A DNA stretch of 64,000 bases, taken from the sequence record MK773491.1; one strand, given 5' to 3'. Of the stretch, positions 21,829-32,505 are shown piece after piece (within the stretch, counting starts at the first letter, position 1; the number at the start of each line of letters is the position of its first letter). The notes beneath the pieces were generated by a model, which ran no database searches, had not been told where the DNA came from, and was given only the letters and a program-made list of their open reading frames with translations. The position numbers and the translations under genes were made by a program.

Positions 21829-23802
21829 ATGGCAAAAGAAAAGAAATCCTCATCCGTGCTTTCTGAACATGACGTTCAGCGACTTAACGATTATCAACAT
21901 GCTCGCATTCGTACTGAAATGTACTTAGGTTCACGTTCTGTTCACGAACACCAAGTGGTACTTTTCAGCGAAGAAGGCTATAACGTCCAGAACCTAGAAT
22001 GGGTTCCAGCACTTGTTACAGCATTTCGTGAGATTATTGATAACTCTTTAGATGAGTTCAAAAAGGCTGGTACAAAAGATCCAGTACTTAAAATTCAATA
22101 CAATGAAGAAGACCTATCATTTGAAATCAGTGATAATGGTCGTGGAATTCCAATTGACTATGTACCAGAGTTTGATGTACATCTATGTACAATGGTACTA
22201 ACCGAGACTAAAACAGGTCGTAACTTCGATGACTCAAAACGTGAAGGTACTATCGGTCAAAACGGTCTAGGGGGTTCAATTACGATGTGTGTGAGTTCTA
22301 AAGCAGAAATCGAAATCCATCGTAAAGGTCGCCCATACAAAACTGTTTCATCCAATGACGGTTATGATGGCGTATATAAGTTCAACCAGAAGTTCAAAGA
22401 AGGTACTCTACTATTCCCTGAACTAGATATTCAAGAACCTACTATTCGCAAAGTACAAGCAGATAAAACAGGTACTTCTATTAGCTTTACGCTAAGTCCT
22501 GAAGTATTCAAGAATCGTAAACTTCCTATGGAACTTGTTTACAGTATTCTAAAAGAAATTGCTTCTGCTAACCCATCATATAAAATCATTCTTAATGGTA
22601 AGAAGATTGCCACTAAGACTAGCCCAGAGAAAACACTCTTCGGTGTAAACAAAATGATGAATCTACATGTCGTAGATGAAAGCATTGGCTTTGACAGTAC
22701 TTTCTACATTGTTCCAAATGCTGTTACTGGTATGAATACAAACTTCCATATGCAAGGTATTGTAAACAATGCTCCAGCATTTGATGGTGGTACTCACCTC
22801 GAAACGTTCAAGAAACATTTTGCACTAGGTGTAAGTACTGCACTAGAAAAAGAATCTAAAAAGCGTAAGATGAATCCTAACCGGGCAGATATCGAAGAAG
22901 GTTTGATGATTTATAATGTGACAACAATGAATGCTCCTTCATTCAACTCACAAATTAAATCCAAACTAACGAACGAAAACGTAGTACGTCCAGTACAGAA
23001 AGCGATGACACCAGAGTTCTTTGAAGAACTAGTTAAGAAGAATCGTGATTGGGTGGAAGAGATTTTCGAACGTACCGCTGCTCGTACAAACAAAAAAGAC
23101 GCAGAAGAAGATCGTCGTTTAGCCAAGAAACTACTAAAGGCTAAAGTTGCAAAACTTCTCGATGCTACTGGTACTGATCGCAGTTCCTGTATCCTTCTAA
23201 TTGCAGAAGGTGATTCCGCAGTAAGTAACATGTCTGCTGCTCGTGATTCAAAAGTACATGGCATTCTACCGTTACGTGGTAAAATTAAAAACGTAAACGG
23301 TACTGAGAAAACTAAAGACCTAATGGACAGTGATGCACTAAAAGATATTATGGCTTCACTAAACCTTGTACCCGGACAGAAAGCAATACGTTCAGAATTG
23401 AACTACGGTAAACTTTATATCTGTGCCGACGAAGATGAGGATGGTAAAAACATTGGTGCATTAGTTTGTAACTTCCTATTTAAATTCTGGCCTGAACTAT
23501 TCGAAGATCCAGAAAATCCATTTGTTTATATCTTTAAAACTCCATTTATTATTTTGGAGAAAGGTAAAGAAAGTCGTTATTACTACGGTCACAACGTAGA
23601 TGAATACGTACCAGAAGAATGGAAAGGATGGAAAGCAACACGTGCTAAAGGTTTGGGTACTCTAGAAAAGAGTAACTTCCGTGATGCTTTAACTAACGGC
23701 GTAGCAATCGCGATTATTGACGATGGCAATCTAGGTACAACCCTAGACCTAATCTTTAACAAAGAACGTGCTGATGACCGTAAAGAATGGATGAAAGACT
23801 AA
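21829..23802 (+). CDS. type IIA DNA topoisomerase ATPase/TOPRIM subunit (T4 gp39+60-like)
   Basis: MYLGS, EIIDNSLDE, DNGRGIP, GQNGLG, AEGDSA, PLRGKI, ADEDEDGKNI, KGLG. Confidence 0.96.
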   Translation: MAKEKKSSSVLSEHDVQRLNDYQHARIRTEMYLGSRSVHEHQVVLFSEEGYNVQNLEWVPALVTAFREIIDNSLDEFKKAGTKDPVLKIQYNEEDLSFEISDNGRGIPIDYVPEFDVHLCTMVLTETKTGRNFDDSKREGTIGQNGLGGSITMCVSSKAEIEIHRKGRPYKTVSSNDGYDGVYKFNQKFKEGTLLFPELDIQEPTIRKVQADKTGTSISFTLSPEVFKNRKLPMELVYSILKEIASANPSYKIILNGKKIATKTSPEKTLFGVNKMMNLHVVDESIGFDSTFYIVPNAVTGMNTNFHMQGIVNNAPAFDGGTHLETFKKHFALGVSTALEKESKKRKMNPNRADIEEGLMIYNVTTMNAPSFNSQIKSKLTNENVVRPVQKAMTPEFFEELVKKNRDWVEEIFERTAARTNKKDAEEDRRLAKKLLKAKVAKLLDATGTDRSSCILLIAEGDSAVSNMSAARDSKVHGILPLRGKIKNVNGTEKTKDLMDSDALKDIMASLNLVPGQKAIRSELNYGKLYICADEDEDGKNIGALVCNFLFKFWPELFEDPENPFVYIFKTPFIILEKGKESRYYYGHNVDEYVPEEWKGWKATRAKGLGTLEKSNFRDALTNGVAIAIIDDGNLGTTLDLIFNKERADDRKEWMKD

Positions 23803-23854
23803 GATAAGAAAAGGGGTACTTGGATGTACCCCGAAATAACAAAGAGGCAAAGGA

Positions 23855-25273
23855 ATGGCTAAATCTACAAAGAAACAATCGTCTAATGCAATTGAAAATG
23901 CAACACTAACACTACTAAAATATAATAGTTCTGACTACATCAACCAATCGTCATTGGAATATGCTGTCAGTACTCTTGATCGGGGTATTCCCGGAATTGA
24001 TGGTTTGAAAAGCTCTCAACGTAAAGCGATTTTTACGCTCAGTAAAATCTCAGGTGAGATTAAAACCGTATCAGCAGCAGGTCGCATGATTAGTGACGGT
24101 ATCTACCTTCACGGTGATGCATCAGCATCCGGTACGCTACAAAACCTCGCAAGTCCTGTAGCAAACAACTATCCACTAATCGGCAAACGTGGTGGTTTCG
24201 GTACACAAGTCAATACCACTCCAGCTAGTGCTCGTTACACTTACGTTAAACGTACAGCAGTAACTGAAGCGTTAGTTTTACGTGATATGGATATTGTACC
24301 AATGCAGGAAAACTACGATGGTACAACAATGGAACCAACTCACTTCCTACCAATTATACCATTATCTTTATTCGGAAACGATAGTATGTCGGTTGGTTAT
24401 AAGAGTTTGATTCTACCTTACAAGATTGAAGAAATTATTGATAATTGCATTCGTGTTATCAATAAGAAAGAACTAAAAGAAATGACTCCATGCTTTACCT
24501 ACCTAGGTGCAAGCGACATAGTTGGAAAACTCGATGAGAATAAGTATGAGTTTTATGGACGTGCAGAAGTAATTGATGCAAGTACTGTAAAAATTCTAGG
24601 TCTACCACCTCGTGTAAAAATCGAAGCATTCATTGAAAAACTCATCGCAATGCAAGACAGTGGTGAGATTCGTGACTACGATAATGACAGTACTGATACT
24701 ATCGACATTACAATTAAACTACCACGTGGTACATGTTCCAAGTGGGCGGAAAAGGATGTTATAAAGTACTTTGGACTTTCTAGTAAGCTAACACAATCTC
24801 TAGTTGTGTTAGGAGAAAACGGTTTAGTTAAAGTGTATAGTAGTACATCTGACTTAATTCGTGATTTCGTAAATTTCCGTTTCAAATATTACGTGAAGCG
24901 TTATGAGAATCTATTAGCGAAAGCAGAAGCAGAAGTACGTTATAAAGCACTAGTAGCTAAATGCTTTGAGAACGAAATGGTTACGAAGATTAAAGATTTT
25001 CAAAACCGCCAAGAACTAGTTGAGTTTGTTACATCATTAAATGATGACATTGGTGCAACCGATGAGAATATTCAAAACATCGTAAACTACGCATCATATC
25101 GTTGGACACAAGAGAACTATGATAAGACACTAGAAGAAATTCAAGCAGCTTTAGCCTTGATGAGTCAATATCAAGAACTACTTGATGACAAAGAACAAAT
25201 TTGGCAAATTTATGCATCCGAACTTCGTGAACTACGTAAGATGGATTGCACACCAAAAGCTGAAAAAGACTAA
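23855..25273 (+). CDS. type IIA DNA topoisomerase cleavage subunit (T4 gp52-like)
   Basis: DGLKSSQRK, YLHGDAS, GGFG, PASARYT (catalytic Tyr), MEPTHFLPIIP. Confidence 0.95.
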   Translation: MAKSTKKQSSNAIENATLTLLKYNSSDYINQSSLEYAVSTLDRGIPGIDGLKSSQRKAIFTLSKISGEIKTVSAAGRMISDGIYLHGDASASGTLQNLASPVANNYPLIGKRGGFGTQVNTTPASARYTYVKRTAVTEALVLRDMDIVPMQENYDGTTMEPTHFLPIIPLSLFGNDSMSVGYKSLILPYKIEEIIDNCIRVINKKELKEMTPCFTYLGASDIVGKLDENKYEFYGRAEVIDASTVKILGLPPRVKIEAFIEKLIAMQDSGEIRDYDNDSTDTIDITIKLPRGTCSKWAEKDVIKYFGLSSKLTQSLVVLGENGLVKVYSSTSDLIRDFVNFRFKYYVKRYENLLAKAEAEVRYKALVAKCFENEMVTKIKDFQNRQELVEFVTSLNDDIGATDENIQNIVNYASYRWTQENYDKTLEEIQAALALMSQYQELLDDKEQIWQIYASELRELRKMDCTPKAEKD

Positions 25274-25278
25274 TTATT

Positions 25279-25301
25279 AAAGGATGCCTAGTGCATCCTT
25301 T
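25279..25301. terminator. hairpin/terminator after the topoisomerase genes
   Basis: AAAGGATGC-ctagt-GCATCCTTT. Confidence 0.65.
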
Positions 25302-25306
25302 ACTAT

Positions 25307-25314
25307 TATAAATA
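25307..25314 (+). promoter_or_regulatory. T4-late-like promoter TATAAATA
   Basis: Exact match 33 nt upstream of the structural gene start at 25347. Confidence 0.65.
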
Positions 25315-25346
25315 CGTTAGCTTTTAAATATTTTGGAGAATTAAAT

Positions 25347-27731
25347 ATGGCAAATTTTCAGCCTCGCTGGGACTTGAAAGCTGATACAACTGTGATTTCG
25401 GAAGGTGAGCAAACTTATGTTCGCATTCAATTAAGAAAAAATGATGACGGTACTAGCCTTGAGTATAAATTAAAAGATGAACAGTACTTAGAATTAACTT
25501 ATACTATTTCTGGAAGCGGAGAAACATTAGACGAACGTGATTTTGAACTTTATGTTGGTGAAGATATAAGTAAGCTAGTTAATATTAAAGATGGTACAAC
25601 GGGCATTAGAACAATCTTTGGTCAGCATGTAGTTAAATTGTCTAAAAAACAATTCAATCTTGCTAGTAATACTCAAATAATTGATGTATACTATATGAAG
25701 TTAGTTTGTGTTGATGACGGTATTTGGGATGGCCCTGAAAAACTTCAATTCACATTAAACACAATGGATGAGGTAACATTAACAGATGACCAAATTTCAA
25801 ACCAAGAATCAGCAGGTACTATTGGTAATAATCGAGTTGAAATAAATTATAATGACAGTAATGAAATATGGGTTACACCAAGTGTGATTGCACGTGGAGA
25901 AAAGTACACGATTGGTGCGTTAGGATATGGTTCAGATAGTCGTTTATTCGTTGATTCATTTGGACGTACTCGTATTTTTGATGATGAAATTGATATCAAT
26001 GAATATCCTAATGATAGTTCGAATCGAGTATTTTATCCTACATATAAAATTGAAAGAATTTCAATGAATAGTATACCTACTGAACATATAACAGGTAGCG
26101 GTACTATTTTAGTTCCACAAACTTCAGATTTAATTGAAGAAACTGACATTGTTATTATGGATACATTGGGTAATTTTGTTAGTACTGGATTGAAGTTTAA
26201 TGCAAATGGTCAAATATTACAAACGATGATATATGAATCAGACCCAATTGATGCTTATTTCAGGGCGACGATTGTACCATTAACTTCCTACTATAAATCA
26301 CCATCTGATGCATTTTATGTTGGTAAAAGATTCAAAGCATATCAAATGTGGGTTTGTCCAGATGATCACACATACATTAAGGGTAACGTACAACCGGGAC
26401 ATTTGTACCAATTAAAAGATAACGTTATCTATCCGTATGTTATTAAATCAGAATATATCAATGGTGTAGAATATGCATTATTTGAAGAAGAAATGTGGAA
26501 TGATTTAGGTGTATATTCGGTTAAACTTGGTGGTGATATTATTAATCAAACACGCCTATTCCGTATATTAGTAAATGCTAGTACAGGTGGTGGTATCGAT
26601 TTTGAAACTGATGCCAACTTAGGTAGAATTCACGTTGGTGAGTACTTTGGTCATACAGTTTATCCTGTCATCAAAGCAAGTGGTACTTTTGTTACTTACC
26701 GAGTAGACTATGATTCATCGCCTGATGACATTAGAAAGTACGGTATTGATTTAACGGCTGATGGATTTATGGTCGGTACTGCATATGCTAGAAGTAAGGA
26801 TTTCTCAGCTAACGATGATATTAAACTTGAATTTGATGTTATAGCAAACGAAAAGAGTGGTGCAACTGTTACTAAACGATTCAACATTACAATTATTCGT
26901 GGTTTTGGACAGAACTTCCTAACTGCACACATTGCACCAAGTAAGACTTTCGAACGTGCATGGTTTTCTAGCATTGCAACATCAAACTATTATTTAAACA
27001 AAACTTACTACCGGGAAAGTGATGATAGATATGGTATACAAAAGATCCCACGTCTGCTATTGAAAGAAAACTTTGTCTCCCAGAACTTTAATTTTGTTTC
27101 CATTAAAGAAACTAAAAAGTTGTTATCAAAGACTATTGTTGACCCAGATTTTGGTGCTCCAGTACCGAATGGTGTCTTCTCATTAGTAATGGGTAATTAT
27201 AAGATAACATCTGCACTTGACAATCTCGGAAATGTGGTGTATGATTTACTCTACCGTGAACTTCATCCATCAGGTACACGTGTTGATGTGAGCATGAATC
27301 CTCATGTTTATACGACAACGAACAATGATGTGTTTGCTGAAATATTTGGTTTGCGTCAGAATGTATTCAAGGCGGTTGGGGAAGATGTAACAAACCTATA
27401 CACTGACCCTGATGACTTCCGTGATCGTGCATTGGTAGTTCCTCCAATAGCTGGATTATCAGATGAAATGACTGATACAGTCCCACGTTTCATGAATCAC
27501 CCGTATGAAGAATATGGTTTAAAACCACAATTCATGCCTATACTACCTGTTGCGTATTTCAAACCCGGTCAAGCAGAAGCATTCTTTACTAAACTTGTGC
27601 AAAGTAATGAGCACAGTACTTTAGTAAATACCGAGTTCGAAGTACATGGTGTAGAATTTACTTTCCACACTTCTGAATATGAATTATATGTGAAAGATAA
27701 ATTTATTATTCCATTAGTAGGTAAGCAATAA
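25347..27731 (+). CDS. large virion structural protein (baseplate/tail-like)
   Basis: Beta-rich, late promoter, GGAG RBS supports ATG 25347. Confidence 0.55.
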   Translation: MANFQPRWDLKADTTVISEGEQTYVRIQLRKNDDGTSLEYKLKDEQYLELTYTISGSGETLDERDFELYVGEDISKLVNIKDGTTGIRTIFGQHVVKLSKKQFNLASNTQIIDVYYMKLVCVDDGIWDGPEKLQFTLNTMDEVTLTDDQISNQESAGTIGNNRVEINYNDSNEIWVTPSVIARGEKYTIGALGYGSDSRLFVDSFGRTRIFDDEIDINEYPNDSSNRVFYPTYKIERISMNSIPTEHITGSGTILVPQTSDLIEETDIVIMDTLGNFVSTGLKFNANGQILQTMIYESDPIDAYFRATIVPLTSYYKSPSDAFYVGKRFKAYQMWVCPDDHTYIKGNVQPGHLYQLKDNVIYPYVIKSEYINGVEYALFEEEMWNDLGVYSVKLGGDIINQTRLFRILVNASTGGGIDFETDANLGRIHVGEYFGHTVYPVIKASGTFVTYRVDYDSSPDDIRKYGIDLTADGFMVGTAYARSKDFSANDDIKLEFDVIANEKSGATVTKRFNITIIRGFGQNFLTAHIAPSKTFERAWFSSIATSNYYLNKTYYRESDDRYGIQKIPRLLLKENFVSQNFNFVSIKETKKLLSKTIVDPDFGAPVPNGVFSLVMGNYKITSALDNLGNVVYDLLYRELHPSGTRVDVSMNPHVYTTTNNDVFAEIFGLRQNVFKAVGEDVTNLYTDPDDFRDRALVVPPIAGLSDEMTDTVPRFMNHPYEEYGLKPQFMPILPVAYFKPGQAEAFFTKLVQSNEHSTLVNTEFEVHGVEFTFHTSEYELYVKDKFIIPLVGKQ

Positions 27732-27740
27732 GGAGATTGT

Positions 27741-28049
27741 ATGTTTGATCCATTTTTTGACCCATCGGGTATGACTGATAAGGAATTACAACAAAAAATC
27801 TTTGATATGAGTAATCGTATAACACAAGCACGTAATGCTGGAATGCCATCAGACATGATAGTACGTATGTACCTTGTTATTGATGCATGTGATGAAGAAA
27901 TGTTATTTCGTGCATCTAGAAAGGAATACGAACAACTCGAAGATGAAGATACATGTGTATTCGATACCGAGTCTTACTTGAATAAAGAAGAGGATAAGAA
28001 TAAAAAACATGAAAGTCCAAGGAAACAGATATATAAATCAGGATGGTGA
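27741..28049 (+). CDS. hypothetical protein
   Basis: 102-aa ORF, AAGGAG RBS. Confidence 0.7.
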   Translation: MFDPFFDPSGMTDKELQQKIFDMSNRITQARNAGMPSDMIVRMYLVIDACDEEMLFRASRKEYEQLEDEDTCVFDTESYLNKEEDKNKKHESPRKQIYKSGW

Positions 28050-28527
28050 GGTATACTGCAATTTAAATGCAGTAGTCTACGCTATGAATTGTGGTTCAGA
28101 TTTGCAATATCTCAAATTAATGGAGATGGATGAATTTGAACGTGAAAAATTCAATGATAACTGTAAGAAGTTTGGATTAGAATATCGTATGCTCGATTAC
28201 ACAATCGAGCACGATAAGAATCATGAGCTATGGCGATATGACCCAGCTTATGATAATATAAATTTAGAAGAGTACTTTCTAAACTTGTGTGAAACTGATG
28301 CACAAAAGCAGAGAGTACTGGAAGAACTTAGCTTATATGAACAATACAACATGACGAAACTACTACGCTGCATGATGTGGTTAGTTGATTACCTTGAAGA
28401 ACATAATATCTTTTGGGGGTTAGGTCGTGGTAGTTCAGTGAGTAGTTATTGCTTATTTTTACTAGGATTGCATTTGGTTGACAGTCTTAAATATGAGCTT
28501 GATGTAAATGAGTTCTTGAAATGGTAA
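28009..28527 (+). CDS. stand-alone fragment of DNA polymerase III alpha (DnaE-like)
   Basis: RVLEELSL..WGLGRGSSVSSYCLFLLGLHLVDSLKYELDVNEFL parallels DnaE GPGRGSGAGSLVAYAL.ITDLDPLEFDLLFERFL. Confidence 0.75.
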   Translation: MKVQGNRYINQDGEVYCNLNAVVYAMNCGSDLQYLKLMEMDEFEREKFNDNCKKFGLEYRMLDYTIEHDKNHELWRYDPAYDNINLEEYFLNLCETDAQKQRVLEELSLYEQYNMTKLLRCMMWLVDYLEEHNIFWGLGRGSSVSSYCLFLLGLHLVDSLKYELDVNEFLKW

Positions 28528-28557
28528 ACTAACTGTGCTAATATAAGGATATATTTT

Positions 28558-28950
28558 ATGGCAAAACACACCTCTTATCGTGGTCAGACCATTGATATGG
28601 ATATGATGAAATATCAAAATCAGACTGCGACTGCTCTTGGCAATGCAAACATGAATGCACGTGGTGATAAAATCGGTCAAGGTGGCACTGTCATCAAGAC
28701 TCGTGAAGAACTACTTGCTGAACGTGAACGTCAAATGCAACTACCAGATTTCATTCCAGAACATACTAGTCACTCAGTAGCAGTACAAACTGCTGATGAA
28801 GGATTTGATGATTCTATGTTCGAACTACCAGAACAAGAACCGGTAGCTGCACCTGTACAGCCTGTACAGGAAGCTAAAGAAGAACCAGCTAAAGAAGCAG
28901 TGGAGAAAGTTTCCCCACGCAGAGTACGTACTAAGAAAGACGGAGAGTAA
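28558..28950 (+). CDS. hypothetical protein
   Basis: 130-aa ORF, AAGGA RBS. Confidence 0.7.
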   Translation: MAKHTSYRGQTIDMDMMKYQNQTATALGNANMNARGDKIGQGGTVIKTREELLAERERQMQLPDFIPEHTSHSVAVQTADEGFDDSMFELPEQEPVAAPVQPVQEAKEEPAKEAVEKVSPRRVRTKKDGE

Positions 28951-28955
28951 TAATC

Positions 28956-29279
28956 ATGGAGTCAAAAGTTATTACAGCTTTTAAAGGTAAAGTTTTAGTT
29001 ACCAATTTAGACAGTGGTGAACAAAAAACTGCTGGTGGTATTATTCTATCAGATGATGATGGCAAACTACGTGGTATCCATAGCCGTTGGGCTAAAGTAT
29101 ATAGCGTTGGTGAAGATATCACTGATATTAAAGAAGGTGAATGGATTCTAGTTGAACATGGTCGTTGGTCACGTACCATTACAGTAGATGGTATTCAAAT
29201 GAACCTAGTAGATTATCCAAAAGGTGTACTATGTTCATCCCCAGAACGTCCAGAAGGTTATGTTGGACTGGGAAAATAA
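28956..29279 (+). CDS. groES: co-chaperonin GroES
   Basis: KTAGGIIL, AKVYSVGE, IKEGEWIL. Confidence 0.85.
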   Translation: MESKVITAFKGKVLVTNLDSGEQKTAGGIILSDDDGKLRGIHSRWAKVYSVGEDITDIKEGEWILVEHGRWSRTITVDGIQMNLVDYPKGVLCSSPERPEGYVGLGK

Positions 29280-29286
29280 TTCAAAT

Positions 29287-29312
29287 GCCCGAAGTTTTTC
29301 GGGCTTTATTTT
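29287..29312 (+). terminator. intrinsic terminator
   Basis: GCCCGAA-gttt-TTCGGGC plus T-rich tract. Confidence 0.75.
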
Positions 29313-29324
29313 TGAAGGTACTTT

Positions 29325-29600
29325 ATGATCACAGAAGACGGTAAAGTAGATTTTAATTTTGTTAAGTTAGAATCGAAAAACGGTAAGTTCTATTTTGAAC
29401 ATCCAAAAAATAAAAAATTAGTTTATGAAGTTAATCACGATCAATTCCGAACGTTATTCGTGAAAATGGCACAAGATAATGCTCGTGGTATTGAGTTACC
29501 AAATCGTTCTAATTCTTTTGAGTACTTAATGAGTCAATTAGAAATGAACGAAGATCTATTTCAAGCAATGTTATACCCAAATGAAGATTGGACAATTTAG
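29325..29600 (+). CDS. hypothetical protein
   Basis: 91-aa ORF. Confidence 0.65.
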   Translation: MITEDGKVDFNFVKLESKNGKFYFEHPKNKKLVYEVNHDQFRTLFVKMAQDNARGIELPNRSNSFEYLMSQLEMNEDLFQAMLYPNEDWTI

Positions 29601-29609
29601 GAGTTAATT

Positions 29610-30566
29610 ATGAGTAATGCACTATGGACAGAAAAGTATCGCCCACAAGATATGGAAAACTACGTATTCAAAAACCCAGCTTTTAAAGAAAAGATGGATG
29701 AATGGATTCGTACTGGTGATATTCCACATATTGGCTTTTTTGGGCCAGCAGGTACAGGTAAAACATCTGCAATCGGTGTTCTAATTAACGGCCTAGAAAA
29801 GAATGGTCACATTGATCGTTTTGACGTTATGGTACTTAACATGTCCGATGAAGGTATCGACGCAGTTCGTGAAAAGATTGACCAAGCAGCACGTCTAGCA
29901 CCTAATGGTAAGTACCGTATCTTTGTACTAGAAGAAATGGAACAGATGCACCAAAAAGCACAAGGTTCCCTAAAACGTACAATGGAAGACTATGCCGAAA
30001 ATGCTCGTTTCATTCTAACATCAAACGAACCTCACAAGATTCTAAAACCAATCCTATCGCGTGTTCAAACTATCATGATTGAGAAGCACGACCGTGAGGC
30101 GTATATGACTCGTGTAATCAATATCCTACTAGCTGAAAACGTAGACTTGAGTACTGATGAATCTATCGAACTTGTTGAAAAATACATCAATGCAACCTAT
30201 CCTGATTTCCGTAAAACACTAAACACGTTGCAAAGCAGTATCGTTGATGGTAAACTACTAAAACTTGAGGATAGCATTGATAGCACAGCGAACTACCGTT
30301 CACTCATCATTGATGCACTAAAGAACAACAACATTCGTGAGATGCGTGAACTCATTGTTCAAAACATTCCAGAAGATGAAATGGATGGGTTCTTTACATA
30401 TCTTTCACAGAATGTTAAAATGTTCTCAGATGACGAAATCACTCGTATGAAAATTATCGTTAAAATTCGTGATGCAATGGTGAAACAAGCGTCTGTATCA
30501 GACCGTGAACTCAACCTAAGTGCATTGCTATGTGAAATCGACCTAATCTGCACAGGAAACTGGTAA
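29610..30566 (+). CDS. sliding-clamp loader AAA+ subunit (T4 gp44/RFC-like)
   Basis: LWTEKYRP, GPAGTGKTS, LNMSDEGID, AQGSLKRTME, RFILTSN, PILSR, YPDFRK. Confidence 0.95.
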   Translation: MSNALWTEKYRPQDMENYVFKNPAFKEKMDEWIRTGDIPHIGFFGPAGTGKTSAIGVLINGLEKNGHIDRFDVMVLNMSDEGIDAVREKIDQAARLAPNGKYRIFVLEEMEQMHQKAQGSLKRTMEDYAENARFILTSNEPHKILKPILSRVQTIMIEKHDREAYMTRVINILLAENVDLSTDESIELVEKYINATYPDFRKTLNTLQSSIVDGKLLKLEDSIDSTANYRSLIIDALKNNNIREMRELIVQNIPEDEMDGFFTYLSQNVKMFSDDEITRMKIIVKIRDAMVKQASVSDRELNLSALLCEIDLICTGNW

Positions 30567-31186
30567 TGACTAAACAAAAAGTTGTCGTATTTGATTGTGA
30601 TGAAATTTTACTAGACCACTTAGGTGGTCTTCGTGAATATGTTAAAGACCACTTTGATATTGTCACAAAAACGGAATACCCTACTGAATATTGCCTAGAA
30701 GAATGGCTAGGACTTGACGCAGTACAAGTACAAGAAGTAATCAAACAATTCAATCAGACATCTTATGAGTTTGGATTGCTAAAACCTCTAGAGGGTGCAC
30801 AATCCCTTCTTTGTGCATTGCGTCATACATACCCAGATGTAGTATTCGCAGTACTAACAAAGTCTGGTACATTCGGTCATGGTGAAGTACTTCGCCATGT
30901 TAATATTCACAATGTATACCCTAATATCTTCGATGAGATTCACATTGTAGAAATGTATGAATCAAAACGTGGTGTTCTATCTAAACTCAAACAACAATAT
31001 GATGTTGTATGTTTAGTAGACGATTACATTATGAATATCGAAACAGCATTGGCATTGGAAATTCCCGGTATCATGTTGAAACGTCCACACAATGAAAAGT
31101 ACAAAGTTCGTACAGATTTCACTTTTGTTGAAAATTGGGCTGGAATTATACATAGTGTAATTACTTTGATGAATAAAGGGGAGTAA
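30566..31186 (+). CDS. HAD-family 5'(3')-nucleotidase-like protein
   Basis: VVFDCDEILLD, LVDDYIMN. Confidence 0.75.
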   Translation: MTKQKVVVFDCDEILLDHLGGLREYVKDHFDIVTKTEYPTEYCLEEWLGLDAVQVQEVIKQFNQTSYEFGLLKPLEGAQSLLCALRHTYPDVVFAVLTKSGTFGHGEVLRHVNIHNVYPNIFDEIHIVEMYESKRGVLSKLKQQYDVVCLVDDYIMNIETALALEIPGIMLKRPHNEKYKVRTDFTFVENWAGIIHSVITLMNKGE

Positions 31187-31197
31187 TCCCCTTTTGT
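31175..31197 (+). terminator. intrinsic terminator
   Basis: AAAGGGGA-gtaa-TCCCCTTT. Confidence 0.7.
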
Positions 31198-31252
31198 TGT
31201 TTTCATATTCAGTAAATAAGAATATAATTATGTAACATAAAGGAACATAAAC

Positions 31253-31825
31253 ATGGAAGAAAATTCAGCTATTCAAAACTTGTATGATCAAGATGGTCTT
31301 CTAGATATCCTTATTGGTGTTGAGAAGTACTTTGACGATATGGACTTGTTTGCTTATAAGAACTGGATTTACGGTGAACTAGTAGAGGGGCCATTCGTTA
31401 GTAAGTATTGGGTTGAAGTAACTTTCAAATACGACCACGACACATTCCCAGACCCAATGGGTACTAAGGTTCTAGAGCAGCAAGGTACTAAAATTTCTAT
31501 TAAGCGTGATTTTGAAAATACTCCTATTGCTTTCCCACGTAACCGTAATGATATGGAAGCTGTAGGTACACAAAGTGGTTCGGTCTCTTTACCAAAAGAT
31601 GAACGAATTCCCATTATACTTTATAAATTTCAAATTCCTCGTCGCATTGTCAATCCAGAAAGTTTTGATGAGTACAAACTACTTGCGAGTACTTTTAATA
31701 AAAATGCAGAAATGGATGAAGGTGAAGAACAACCAGCACCAGATATGAGCATGGAAGATGATCAAGAAGTCCAGCAGATGGATGATCAATTCGGCTTAGA
31801 CGATGAAAACCAAGGAGGTATGTAA
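31253..31825 (+). CDS. hypothetical protein, acidic C-tail
   Basis: 190-aa ORF, AAGGA RBS, TAAATA upstream. Confidence 0.7.
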   Translation: MEENSAIQNLYDQDGLLDILIGVEKYFDDMDLFAYKNWIYGELVEGPFVSKYWVEVTFKYDHDTFPDPMGTKVLEQQGTKISIKRDFENTPIAFPRNRNDMEAVGTQSGSVSLPKDERIPIILYKFQIPRRIVNPESFDEYKLLASTFNKNAEMDEGEEQPAPDMSMEDDQEVQQMDDQFGLDDENQGGM

Positions 31826-32505
31826 TGAAGCAACTTAATGAGAGAGCATTACGCCCCGACATTTTAAAAGATTTAATTCACCCAATCGTTAGTGTAGATG
31901 AATATACTTCTAAGATTGGAGAGAACAATGTAGTAGTAGCTTTTCAAGTACTAGATAATTTTGATGCAGCTTATGACCTAAGCTCCTTTATCGAAAAATC
32001 ACCTATTGGAGTAATAGATACTGAAGCAAGTGAAACTCCAAACGTTGATGGTCGATATGTAGTTTTTTCTGAATTCGAACGTAACGGTGAGTTTCCAGAG
32101 AAGCTACTAAAGCTATTAAAAACCATTGAAAACATTTGTCCTAATCCGGGATGGAAAATTCAACTATACGGAATCAACGATCCAATTGATGTAGATTTTG
32201 ATATTATTACTCAAAAAATGGAATTAGTTGAACCTGAAAAGGTACTAGAATTCTTCGATCCAGCAGGAGTTAGTGTCGATGTACTACCTGAAACCATTCG
32301 TCTAAACACCATTTATGGTGCATTACACTTCCAGCGTGGTAGTGGTATGGTTTCCGAAAGTTATGTAAAATCTTTACTTGGTGACAAGCCACAGCTTGAC
32401 AATACTCGTTTGAGTGCTATACTAGGTGAAGACTATGATGTGCTAAGATCTGGTCAACAGTATATCGTAGGAAATCGTACAGGACAATATATTGTACTTC
32501 GCTAA
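31825..32505 (+). CDS. hypothetical protein
   Basis: 226-aa ORF, GGAGG RBS, N-terminal MKQLNERA. Confidence 0.7.
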   Translation: MKQLNERALRPDILKDLIHPIVSVDEYTSKIGENNVVVAFQVLDNFDAAYDLSSFIEKSPIGVIDTEASETPNVDGRYVVFSEFERNGEFPEKLLKLLKTIENICPNPGWKIQLYGINDPIDVDFDIITQKMELVEPEKVLEFFDPAGVSVDVLPETIRLNTIYGALHFQRGSGMVSESYVKSLLGDKPQLDNTRLSAILGEDYDVLRSGQQYIVGNRTGQYIVLR

